Assembly: GCA_963931085.1 (NCBI GenBank)
Contig: OZ006973.1
Location: 670,812-734,811, forward strand
DNA from: an uncultured Clostridia bacterium
GTDB lineage: Bacteria; Bacillota; Clostridia; TANB77; CAG-508
Reading direction: 5' to 3'
DNA: 64,000 bases
Positions 43,360 to 52,267 of the stretch are shown here, piece by piece; within the stretch, counting starts at the first letter, position 1, and each line of letters starts with the position of its first letter. The translations under genes were made by a program, and so were the position numbers. The notes below the pieces were generated by a model. It saw nothing but the letters and a program-made list of their open reading frames with translations. It was not told where the DNA came from and searched no databases.

Positions 43360-43420
43360 AAAACATATTTACAACTGTGCTACATTTTTAAGATTTTGTA
43401 GCACAATTGTAAAAAATAAT
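43360..43420. repeat. palindromic repeat element, copy 2 (TTTACAACTGTGCTACA ... TGTAGCACAATTGTAAA)
   Basis: Arms near-identical to copy 1; only the spacer differs. Confidence 0.85.
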
Positions 43421-43439
43421 AGATTTATTATGAAAGCAA

Positions 43440-43565
43440 GGAATTCCTTGCTTATTTTTATATTTTTATATTTTTATATTTTTATATTTTTATATTTTTA
43501 GTTTTATATAATTTTTAATTTTTTAACTTTTTAACTTTTTTTTATTTTTATTCATTTTTATTCTT
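43440..43565. repeat. AT-rich microsatellite-like tract ((TATATTTTT)n, then TTTTTAAC repeats)
   Basis: Direct reading. Confidence 0.7.
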
Positions 43566-43634
43566 TAAATTTGTTTGTTACTTATAAGTATTTATGATAA
43601 AATACAAAAAAGAAATTTACTCAAGGAGGAAATA

Positions 43635-44186
43635 ATGAATATCTATTATGTAAGACATGGACAAACAGATTGGAATAAAGTAAGAAGATTACAAGGAAGA
43701 ACAGATAATCCATTAAATAAAGTAGGAATTGAGCAAGCAAAAAAGACAAGAGATTTATTAAAAAATGAGAAGATAGATTTAATAATATGTTCTCCACTTA
43801 AAAGGACAGTAGAGACTGCAAACATAATAAATGAGGGTAGAAACATAAAGATAATAAAAGATGAAGGTTTTATAGAAAGATCTTTTGGTGAATATGAAGG
43901 TGAATATAGTGCTAATACACCCTATGATGATTTATGGGATTATAAGAAAGATATAGATTTAGGGGAAAATGGAGAAAAGATGAGTGAGCTTTTAGCAAGA
44001 GCAAAAAATTCTCTTGAAAGAGTAATTAATACTTATTATCCAAAAAATATATTAATAGTAGCACACGGTGGACTTGGAAGAGCTGTAAAATGTTATTTTA
44101 ACGGACTTCCAAAAGATACTACTTGTCTTTCTAATTTAGAGCCTAATAATTGTGAAGTATTAAAATATGAAATAAGGAGAGGTTAA
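43635..44186 (+). CDS. histidine phosphatase (phosphoglycerate mutase-family) protein
   Basis: RHGQTDWN catalytic motif and a second His in AHGG. Start chosen at the ATG with an AAGGAGG ribosome-binding site; the track ORF starts at 43575. Confidence 0.8.
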   Translation: MNIYYVRHGQTDWNKVRRLQGRTDNPLNKVGIEQAKKTRDLLKNEKIDLIICSPLKRTVETANIINEGRNIKIIKDEGFIERSFGEYEGEYSANTPYDDLWDYKKDIDLGENGEKMSELLARAKNSLERVINTYYPKNILIVAHGGLGRAVKCYFNGLPKDTTCLSNLEPNNCEVLKYEIRRG

Positions 44187-44187
44187 G

Positions 44188-44637
44188 ATGCAAGATATTA
44201 AAATGGGAATAGGTGTAGGAGTAATATTATTTAATGATAAAAAAGAAGTATTACTTGGACTTAGAAATTCAGATAAAGACATAGCAGATAGTGATATGAG
44301 ACTTGAAGGTACATATACACTTCCAAGTGGAAAAGTAAGATATAAAGAGTCTTTTGAACAAGCAGGAATTAGAAAAGTGAAAGATGAGACTAATTTAGAT
44401 GTTTCTAAAATAAGAGTAATAAGTCTTCAAAATGATATTAATGAATATGCACATTATGCAACTATTGGTTTAATTGCAGATGAATATTCAGGCAAAATAA
44501 AGATAAAACCAACAAACGAACTTGTAAGATGGGATTGGTTTAGTTTAGATAACTTGCCTAAAAATTTATGTTTTCCTAGCAGAAAGATTTTAGATTGCTA
44601 TGTAAATAATAAATTTTATAATGAAGAGATAGAGTAG
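44188..44637 (+). CDS. NUDIX hydrolase
   Basis: Nudix box-like GKVRYKESFEQAGIRKVKDETNL. Two nt after the upstream stop. Confidence 0.75.
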   Translation: MQDIKMGIGVGVILFNDKKEVLLGLRNSDKDIADSDMRLEGTYTLPSGKVRYKESFEQAGIRKVKDETNLDVSKIRVISLQNDINEYAHYATIGLIADEYSGKIKIKPTNELVRWDWFSLDNLPKNLCFPSRKILDCYVNNKFYNEEIE

Positions 44638-44698
44638 TTATTAATTATCTATAATATGTAGATTTTATAATAATTAAGATGTAAAAAGAGGAAGAAAT

Positions 44699-45238
44699 AT
44701 GAATGTAGTATTTTTAGATTTTGATGGAGTAATTAATACACCTACAGGATATGATGTAAATGGAAGTTATAGAGATTCTTTTAATTATCCATCAGATGGA
44801 AGAGTAAATAATTATAATGCAATATGCTTATTAAATAAATTATGCAGAGAACAAGATTTAGCTGTAGTTGTTTCTAGTAAAGGTAGTTGGAGGTATACTT
44901 TTAAAAAAGACGAAAATGGTGAATATACTATAAGAAATTATAGAAGAATATTGTATGATAGTGGACTAGATGATCATACATATATTTATGGACATACTCC
45001 TGCTACAGATTTTAGTAAAGATATGGAGATAAAGATTTTTTTAGAAAAACATCCAGAAATAGAAAAGTTTATAATATTAGATGATTGCGAAGATGAGATA
45101 AGTGATGACTTAAAAGCTTATTTAGTATTATGTGATACAGCTGAGGGATTTACAGAAGAAAAGTATAAGGAAGCTGTAAGAATCTTAAAAGAGCAAAAAG
45201 AAATAAAAAGAAGTAATTCATATCAGGAGAATAGATAA
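44699..45238 (+). CDS. small HAD-superfamily phosphatase-like protein
   Basis: Motif I FLDFDGVIN and motif IV ILDDCEDE. Confidence 0.6.
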   Translation: MNVVFLDFDGVINTPTGYDVNGSYRDSFNYPSDGRVNNYNAICLLNKLCREQDLAVVVSSKGSWRYTFKKDENGEYTIRNYRRILYDSGLDDHTYIYGHTPATDFSKDMEIKIFLEKHPEIEKFIILDDCEDEISDDLKAYLVLCDTAEGFTEEKYKEAVRILKEQKEIKRSNSYQENR

Positions 45239-45240
45239 AT

Positions 45241-46149
45241 ATGCAAAATAGCGAAAATAAAGTGAAAAGAAGGCAAAAGTTTTTAAAGGTCTATATTGAG
45301 ATTACAAATGTATGTAACTTAAGATGTTCTTTTTGTCCTGAACCTAAAAAAGAGAAGAGATTTATAAGTGTAGAAGAATTTGAAAATATAATAGAAAAAA
45401 TATGTGATTATACAGATTTAGTATGTTTTCATATAAAAGGAGAACCTTTATTAAATCAAAATTTAGATAAATTTTTAAATATATGTGAAAAGTATAATTT
45501 AAAAGTAAATATTACAACTAATGGACTTTTAATAGAAAAGTGGATAGATGTATTTAAAAAATCAAATTCATTAAGACAACTTAATATTTCACTTCATTCA
45601 GTAGAGCAAAATGAAAATATAGATGAAGAAAAATATTTAAATTATATTTTTGAAAACGTAGAAAATATAAGAGAATCTTCAGACATAATAATATCATATA
45701 GGTTATGGAATCTAAATTCTTTAGAAAATAATAAAATGAATAAAAAGATATTAAATGAAATAGAAAAGTTTTATAAAATAAAGAAAATAGAAAAAAGGGC
45801 AAGAAAAGAAAAATTTATAGAACTTGAAAGTAATGTTTTTTTAAATCAAGATTATAGATTTGTATGGCCAGATATAAATGGAAAGATAATAAATGAAAAA
45901 GGAAAATGTTATGGCTTAAGAAATCAACTTGGCATTCTTTCTGACGGCACGATAGTGCCATGTTGTTTAGATTCAAATGGTGATATTCCTTTAGGAAATA
46001 TTTTTGAAATAGATTCTTTAGAAGAAGTAATTAATTCAAAAAGATCTATAAATTTAGTTGATGGATTTAAGAAGTGTGAACTACGAGAGAATCTTTGCAA
46101 AACTTGTGGATTTATAAAAAGATTTGAAGTAGAAGAAAAGAAGAAATAA
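45241..46149 (+). CDS. radical SAM enzyme (about 300 aa) with a C-terminal twitch/SPASM-like Cys cluster
   Basis: CNLRCSFC (CxxxCxxC) and C-terminal C...GTIVPCC...C..C. Three nt after the HAD gene. Terminator hairpin at 46150-46185. Confidence 0.8.
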   Translation: MQNSENKVKRRQKFLKVYIEITNVCNLRCSFCPEPKKEKRFISVEEFENIIEKICDYTDLVCFHIKGEPLLNQNLDKFLNICEKYNLKVNITTNGLLIEKWIDVFKKSNSLRQLNISLHSVEQNENIDEEKYLNYIFENVENIRESSDIIISYRLWNLNSLENNKMNKKILNEIEKFYKIKKIEKRARKEKFIELESNVFLNQDYRFVWPDINGKIINEKGKCYGLRNQLGILSDGTIVPCCLDSNGDIPLGNIFEIDSLEEVINSKRSINLVDGFKKCELRENLCKTCGFIKRFEVEEKKK

Positions 46150-46253
46150 AAATTTTATTTCTTCTTTTTTGGTATTATTATTTTTCTTATTCTAATTTAA
46201 TCTAGATTAATTTTATATATCTAATTGTTTTATGTTTTATTTATCTTTTATAA

Positions 46254-46950
46254 TTATCCAATTAAAGATCTAATAATACAGAATAATGTTAAATGAACGG
46301 GGTAGAATGCATAAAATCCCATTTTTATGTATTTATTAGATTTACCAAGTTTTCCGTTATATGCAGCAATTAATAATAATGAACCAACAGCAAAGATTGA
46401 AAGTGCTAATTGTTCTACTATTAAAGGATAATAAAATGGTTCAAATGCTGGAACTATTGTTAATCTACTTATAACTAAAATTAAAGAAGCAATAAGCATC
46501 ATAATCATTTTATGAGCTCTTAAAATGTAAAATATAGCAATTAATAATACTCCAAGCATACCATAATCTACATGTAATAGTTCTCCTGCAAAAGAAGTTA
46601 GGAGAACTAAAAAAAGTCCAATAGGTTTACTTTTTGATTTATCATAAAATCTGATTGCAAGCAATCCAAACGCTAAAGTAAAAAATATATTTAAATATGG
46701 CTCTCCATTTAGATATGGCTCTAATAATAAATATGCAGGAATCTGAGATATTACTGCAAAAATTAAAAGCCTTCCTAAGTATTTAGCAAAATTTCGTGTA
46801 TGAATATAACCTTCAGAAATAAAAAAAGCATATATTGGAAAAGCAATTCTTCCGAAGAAAATTATTTACATTATTAGTTCCAAAAACAAATCTTGTATGA
46901 TCTATAAACATAGAGATACATGCAATAATTTTTAATAAAAATGCTGACAT
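46254..46950 (-). pseudogene. traX: TraX-family membrane protein, frameshifted near 46850-46858
   Basis: N-terminus MSAFLLKIIACISMFIDHT (46950 downward) stops early. The remainder (IFFGRIAFPIYAFFISEGY...) continues in another frame into ORF 46254..46664. Confidence 0.65.
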
Positions 46951-47083
46951 AATATTTACTCCTTCTTCAAATATTATATCAATATAAGTTAAAATAAAGC
47001 AATATAAAAGATGATAATAAATTTGTAATTGATAAATATTAATATTTATGCTATATTAATACCATAGAATAAGGAGTGATATT

Positions 47084-47392
47084 ATGAGTGAAAAAATATA
47101 TACAATTAATGAAATAAAGAAGATACTGAAAGATTTATTAAAAGATAAACCTGTATATCGTGTTATTCTTTTTGGTTCTTACGCAAAACATGAAGCAACA
47201 AAAGAAAGTGATGTGGATTTAATAATAGATACTAATTCAGAATTAAAAGGGTTTGCTTTAATAAAATTAATATGCGAAATAGAGGAAAAACTAAAAAAGA
47301 ATATTGATGGATTCGAAAAATATGAAATAATCGAGGGTTCACCAATAGATAAAGAAATAAAAGAAACAGGAGTTATAGTATATGAAAAATAA
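47084..47392 (+). CDS. mntA: MNT-type minimal nucleotidyltransferase antitoxin
   Basis: ILFGSYAKHEATKESDVDLIID (GSx...DxD) motif. Confidence 0.8.
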   Translation: MSEKIYTINEIKKILKDLLKDKPVYRVILFGSYAKHEATKESDVDLIIDTNSELKGFALIKLICEIEEKLKKNIDGFEKYEIIEGSPIDKEIKETGVIVYEK

Positions 47393-47723
47393 AGAATATA
47401 TGTCCATAAAAAAGATGATAGAGTATATAGATAAAGCTTTAAGATATACAAAAGAATGTAATTTCGAAACATTTTCAAATAATGAGGAAAAAGTAGATGC
47501 AACGATTTTTGCGATTAGCCAAATAGGTGAATTAGTTAAAAATATTAGTAAGGAAACAATGGAAAAATATACTAATATAGAATGGATTATTATAAAGAAC
47601 TTAAGAAATAAAATTGTTCATGATTATGATGGAATAAAATTAAATCTGATATGGGATATAATTACAAATGATATAGTACAATTAAAATTGAATTTACAAA
47701 AAATATTAGATAATAATAAATAA
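47382..47723 (+). CDS. hepT: HepT (DUF86) toxin of a HepT/MNT type VII TA pair
   Basis: RNKIVHDY (Rx4HxY) motif. Overlaps the MNT stop. Confidence 0.8.
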   Translation: MKNKEYMSIKKMIEYIDKALRYTKECNFETFSNNEEKVDATIFAISQIGELVKNISKETMEKYTNIEWIIIKNLRNKIVHDYDGIKLNLIWDIITNDIVQLKLNLQKILDNNK

Positions 47724-47811
47724 AAAAATAAAATTAAAGTAAAGTTCAAAAAACGCTCAATTTTTGAGCGTTTTTTGATTTGCTTTTGATAAAAAATATA
47801 TAGCCTAGTTC

Positions 47812-48666
47812 TTATTTTTTTATTACTTTATTTTTATAATAGTTACATATTTCGCAATCAGTACATATATAAATTGTATCTTCAAATATTAGTTTCAATG
47901 TTTGAATGAATTCATCTTCATTATCTATCAAATGAATATAAAGCTTTTTAGGAACAATATTTAATAGAGTATTTAAAGAATAATCATTAGAAGAAAATTC
48001 AATATTTGAATATTTATTTAAAAAACTTGTATCTAGAGAAGTGTTTATAATATTAAAGCTAGAATCTAATAATATACTTTCATTATTTAAATATATAAGA
48101 TGTACAATATCACAAGTTGATTTTTGTTTTTCTAAATAGTTTTTTAATAGTTTAATAAATTCAAAATATTCTCTTTTAATTAAATAATTATTTACTGATA
48201 AATCTACAACATAGTCTAATACTTCTATATAATCTTTTAATCTAAATGTTATAAATCCATCTAATATCATTTTTTTATTTCCTTCTTTAAAATATTCTTT
48301 TAAAGAGATATTAATTAATTCTTTCCTTCTGCTATGTTCATCAGAAGATATTAATTCATCTATTATATTTTTAATTTCAATTTGTTCATAATCTAAAAAA
48401 TAAAAATAATTTGACATTAATAATTTATTTAAAATTTCATTTTCATAAGTATTTATTATAGATTCAGTAATATAATTAGAAAGTTTTTCATAAAATGTAT
48501 TAATATTATTTCCTTTGTAATGAATAAAAATATTATCATATATTTTTAATTTCTTTTTTTTAATAAAAATGTCATCAGAAATTATTTTAGATATATTATT
48601 AAAGAAATAATCTATAAATTTATCATTATTAGTTTTTATACAAAAAGAAGACATATTTTCCTCCAA
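47812..48666 (-). CDS. hypothetical protein; C-terminal CTDCEIC Cys knuckle
   Basis: 284-aa ORF with no family recognised. Confidence 0.5.
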   Translation of the reverse strand: MEENMSSFCIKTNNDKFIDYFFNNISKIISDDIFIKKKKLKIYDNIFIHYKGNNINTFYEKLSNYITESIINTYENEILNKLLMSNYFYFLDYEQIEIKNIIDELISSDEHSRRKELINISLKEYFKEGNKKMILDGFITFRLKDYIEVLDYVVDLSVNNYLIKREYFEFIKLLKNYLEKQKSTCDIVHLIYLNNESILLDSSFNIINTSLDTSFLNKYSNIEFSSNDYSLNTLLNIVPKKLYIHLIDNEDEFIQTLKLIFEDTIYICTDCEICNYYKNKVIKK

Positions 48667-48989
48667 ATTATAATATAGTATTTACTATAATGATATATTT
48701 TATTCTTCTTTAGTTTGTTCTGATACTAAATAATAGAGTCGTTATGAATATTAAAAATTAGAATAAGTTAGAAAAAAATAAAATAAAAATAAAATGAAAT
48801 AAAATAAAATATAATAAAAATTAAATTTAAGAAAAGAAAATAAGGAAAATAAAAATAAAATAAAATTAAAATAAAAGAACAAGACAAAAAATAATCAAAA
48901 AAAGAAAGTAGAGTAGATCTACTTCCTTAAGGTGAGCATTTATGTGTTTACAATAAATTTTATTTAAAACATATTAATTTAAGTAAAAC

Positions 48990-50579
48990 TTATCTGTAGA
49001 TATTATAATCAATATTATCAAAAATTAAATCTTGAGCATATATTCCTTTTACAAAATCTTTATCAATTTTATCATTTTTTATTTGGTAGTATAACTTAGT
49101 AAATCTACCAATATGTTCTTTAATTCTTTTCTTAGCATAATCAACCATAGTTCCATTTGTAATTATAAATAACCAATCACTACTTTGAGCAAGTAATAAT
49201 TCTCTTGCACATTGGTTTAATGCATCTTTTCTTAGTCCGTCTTTTTCATTAGGGTATAAGTTTGCAAGTTCAACCATTCTATCACCAGCTTTATGAAGAT
49301 GACGATGTGCATAATCATTTGATTGATTAAGCCAAACTTCACTATAACCATTAGCACCCCAACTAGATCTACAAGGAGTAGATTCTTGGATATATGGGTG
49401 TCTATCTATATAATCACCAGGAGTGATTAAAGAAAAGTTACAATCATCATAATAAATCTTTTTAAATAAAATATATAACCAATATGGACCTTCATACCAC
49501 CAGTGACCATAAAGCTCTGCGTCATAAGGACATACGACAATTGGAGGAGTGTCCATGACTTTAGATAAATCTCCAATTTGTTTTATTCTACAGTCAAAGA
49601 AGTGACCTGCTTGTCTTTCAGCAGTATCTTTAGCCCATTGCAAATTATAATAATCTTTTTCTCCAAATTTAGAAGTTATCCTATAATATTTAATTCCTGT
49701 ATGAACTCTAACACCATTTTTTGCAATATAAGGTTTAATATAATCATAATCTACATCATAACCTATATCTCTATAATATTCACGATAATTATAATCTCCA
49801 GGATATCCTATAATAGAGCTCCAAACTTGTTTAGATGATTCAATATCTCTACCAAAAGCACATATTCCAGTAGGAGAGATGATTGGAGCAAATGTACCAT
49901 ATACAGGAGCTGGATCTGCATATAATATTCCATGAGATTCAGTAATTACATATTCTATACCAAATTCTTTTAAATATTTATCAGCTTCAGGGACATAACC
50001 ACATTCAGGAAGCCAGATTCCACGAGGATTTCTTCCAAAGTATTTTCTATAAGTTTGAACTCCAACTCCAATTTGAGCTCTTACAGTATTTGGATTAACA
50101 TATAAAATAGGAAAGTATCCATGTGTTGCACCACAAGTAATTATTTCTAGAAAACCAGCATCTTGAAAATGTTTAAATCCAGAAATTAAATTACATTTAT
50201 AGACATCCTTAAAGACATGTAAGTCATTTGTATATCTTGCTAAATAATATTTTGAAAGTTCATTAAGTCTTGCATCATAAGATGTTCTTTTAACTTCTTT
50301 TTCACAAAGTTCAATATGTTTTTTTAAATATTTTATATATCTTTTTTGTAATAATTTATTATCAAGCATATAAAGAAGAGGAGGAGTAAGTGTCATTGTT
50401 AATCTGAATTTAACATTCTCTTCTTCTAATTTTTGAAAATTTAATAATAGTGGTATATATGTTTCTGATATTGCTTCATACAACCATTGTTCTTCAAGAT
50501 AATCTTCACTTTCGGGATGGTGAATAAATGGTAAATGTGCATGAAGTATAAAGCTAACATATCCAGTATTTTTATTCAT
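48990..50579 (-). CDS. glycoside hydrolase family 57 (alpha-glucan branching enzyme type)
   Basis: GH57 N-terminus YVSFILHAHLPFIHHPE and a size of about 530 aa. Confidence 0.85.
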   Translation of the reverse strand: MNKNTGYVSFILHAHLPFIHHPESEDYLEEQWLYEAISETYIPLLLNFQKLEEENVKFRLTMTLTPPLLYMLDNKLLQKRYIKYLKKHIELCEKEVKRTSYDARLNELSKYYLARYTNDLHVFKDVYKCNLISGFKHFQDAGFLEIITCGATHGYFPILYVNPNTVRAQIGVGVQTYRKYFGRNPRGIWLPECGYVPEADKYLKEFGIEYVITESHGILYADPAPVYGTFAPIISPTGICAFGRDIESSKQVWSSIIGYPGDYNYREYYRDIGYDVDYDYIKPYIAKNGVRVHTGIKYYRITSKFGEKDYYNLQWAKDTAERQAGHFFDCRIKQIGDLSKVMDTPPIVVCPYDAELYGHWWYEGPYWLYILFKKIYYDDCNFSLITPGDYIDRHPYIQESTPCRSSWGANGYSEVWLNQSNDYAHRHLHKAGDRMVELANLYPNEKDGLRKDALNQCARELLLAQSSDWLFIITNGTMVDYAKKRIKEHIGRFTKLYYQIKNDKIDKDFVKGIYAQDLIFDNIDYNIYR

Positions 50580-50648
50580 TATAATCTCCTTTATTTTAAA
50601 TAGACAACCATATAAGCAATAAGTCTATTATAATTTTAAGAATTTACT

Positions 50649-51938
50649 TTATTTAAATGTTGAAGTAGGATTTCCGGATGATGGATTGTTCAAATCAAAG
50701 AATTCATTTATATCTTCAACATTATACAAAACTTGATATAAGCTATAAAAATCAAGAATTTTACCATCTTTAATAACATTAGAAATGTTTTTGAAAATTA
50801 CTTCATTAGTTTTAGCATTTTTATATTTTATCTTTGGTTTGATTTCTTCTAGTAGAACATGATCATTTGGAGCGATAATTTCATTTGATTCTTTTATATA
50901 AATATATGGTGATTCAAATTTTGGCATATTTTTATATTTTCTTCCAAGTTCAATAGAATAGGTACTTCTTGGATCAGAGATATGTATGTACCAACTATTT
51001 GCAAAATCATTTATAGGAATTTCTTCTACATATCCTTTTGTTTCGTTTTTTACTAATAAAACAGGGTATGTAGTATCAAAAAAGTCTTCACCATAATGTA
51101 ATTTATATTGATCTCTGTCATGATCTGATATATCCCAATACACAAACAATACTTTTGGGGTTTGTGCTAATACTTTTACTGTTGTTTCATTATATCTATA
51201 AGGCAAGTCAAAATATTCTAATATTGCAGTGTTTTTCTTTAAATACTGTTTTGAAAGGTTTAATGTCTTAACAAATCTAATTGTTCTTTTATCTTTTGAA
51301 GTTTTAGAAATCTTTTTAGTAGAAGATTTTTTTGTAGCAGTTTTTTTCTTAGTAGACGCAGAAGTAGCTTTTTTAGTAGTAGCTTTTTTTGAAGTAGTAG
51401 TTTTGGTAACTTTTTTAGCTTTTGCTTTAGGTTCAGCATCGTCTTTTTTATCTATTTTCGTTGTCTTTTTAGCAGAAGCTTTTTTAGTAGTTTTTGTTTT
51501 TTCTTCTTTAATTTTTTCTGGCTCTTTTTTAGTTTCTTTAATTTCTTCTGTAAGAGCTACTTTTCTTGGATGACCTCTTTTTTTAGGTTTTTCTTCTGGT
51601 AGAGAAGTATCTTTTACTTCTTCCTTTTCTAAAGCTTTAGTAGTCTTAGACACCTTTTTAGTTACTTTTTTAGTTTCTTTTTCTACTTCTTTTTTATCAT
51701 CTTTTTTAGATACTATTTCTTTTTTAGTTACAGCTTTTTTAGGAGTAACTTTAGTTTCTTTTGCATCTTTTTTAGCATCAGTTTTTTCTACAGCTTTTTC
51801 AGTTGTAGCTTTTTTTGTAGCTTTTGTATCTGCTGATTTTACTGGGGTTTTAGATACTTTTTTAGCTACTTTTTTAACTGCTTTTTCTTCTATTTTTTCT
51901 TCTTCACTTGCAATATCTTTTGTTAATTTTTTAGACAT
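50649..51938 (-). CDS. protein with an about 230-aa Lys/Thr/Glu-rich low-complexity N-terminal region and a globular C-terminal domain. I recall the architecture as DUF4912-like; unverified.
   Basis: Long ORF read in the codirectional frame with GH57. KKxT repeats and a KKRGHPRK AT-hook-like motif. Confidence 0.65.
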   Translation of the reverse strand: MSKKLTKDIASEEEKIEEKAVKKVAKKVSKTPVKSADTKATKKATTEKAVEKTDAKKDAKETKVTPKKAVTKKEIVSKKDDKKEVEKETKKVTKKVSKTTKALEKEEVKDTSLPEEKPKKRGHPRKVALTEEIKETKKEPEKIKEEKTKTTKKASAKKTTKIDKKDDAEPKAKAKKVTKTTTSKKATTKKATSASTKKKTATKKSSTKKISKTSKDKRTIRFVKTLNLSKQYLKKNTAILEYFDLPYRYNETTVKVLAQTPKVLFVYWDISDHDRDQYKLHYGEDFFDTTYPVLLVKNETKGYVEEIPINDFANSWYIHISDPRSTYSIELGRKYKNMPKFESPYIYIKESNEIIAPNDHVLLEEIKPKIKYKNAKTNEVIFKNISNVIKDGKILDFYSLYQVLYNVEDINEFFDLNNPSSGNPTSTFK

Positions 51939-52267
51939 TTTTTCCTCCTTAGTAAATATAAGAATTATTTCCTACTATAGTATACCATAAAAATATTTTT
52001 TTCAACACTAATATACATAAAAAATAGAAGTTTTTTGTAAATTTTTTTGTAAATTTTATTAAAAAACAATTAAAAAAATAATTTAAGTTAATTATAAATA
52101 AACATAAAACAGGAGAATAAAAAAGTAATTTGTCGAAAATGTGAAAAAAATAAGAAAATTTGCAAAAAATAGTTTACTTTTTAAAAAATTATATATACAA
52201 TATGAAATGAAATAAGAGAAAAAAAGTAAAAAGACAAAAGAGAAAATTTGAAAGGAGTCATGTGTAG

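Noticed and set aside
45241-46149. Prokaryotic viperin (pVip) identity for the 302-aa radical SAM
   Set aside because: Size and context are suggestive, but the protein carries an extra C-terminal Cys cluster (GTIVPCC…C..C) absent from viperins. I left it as an unclassified twitch/SPASM-like radical SAM.
51229-51573. 114-aa ORF antisense to the Lys-rich gene
   Set aside because: It is the low-complexity mirror image of a KKxT-coding region, an antisense artefact.
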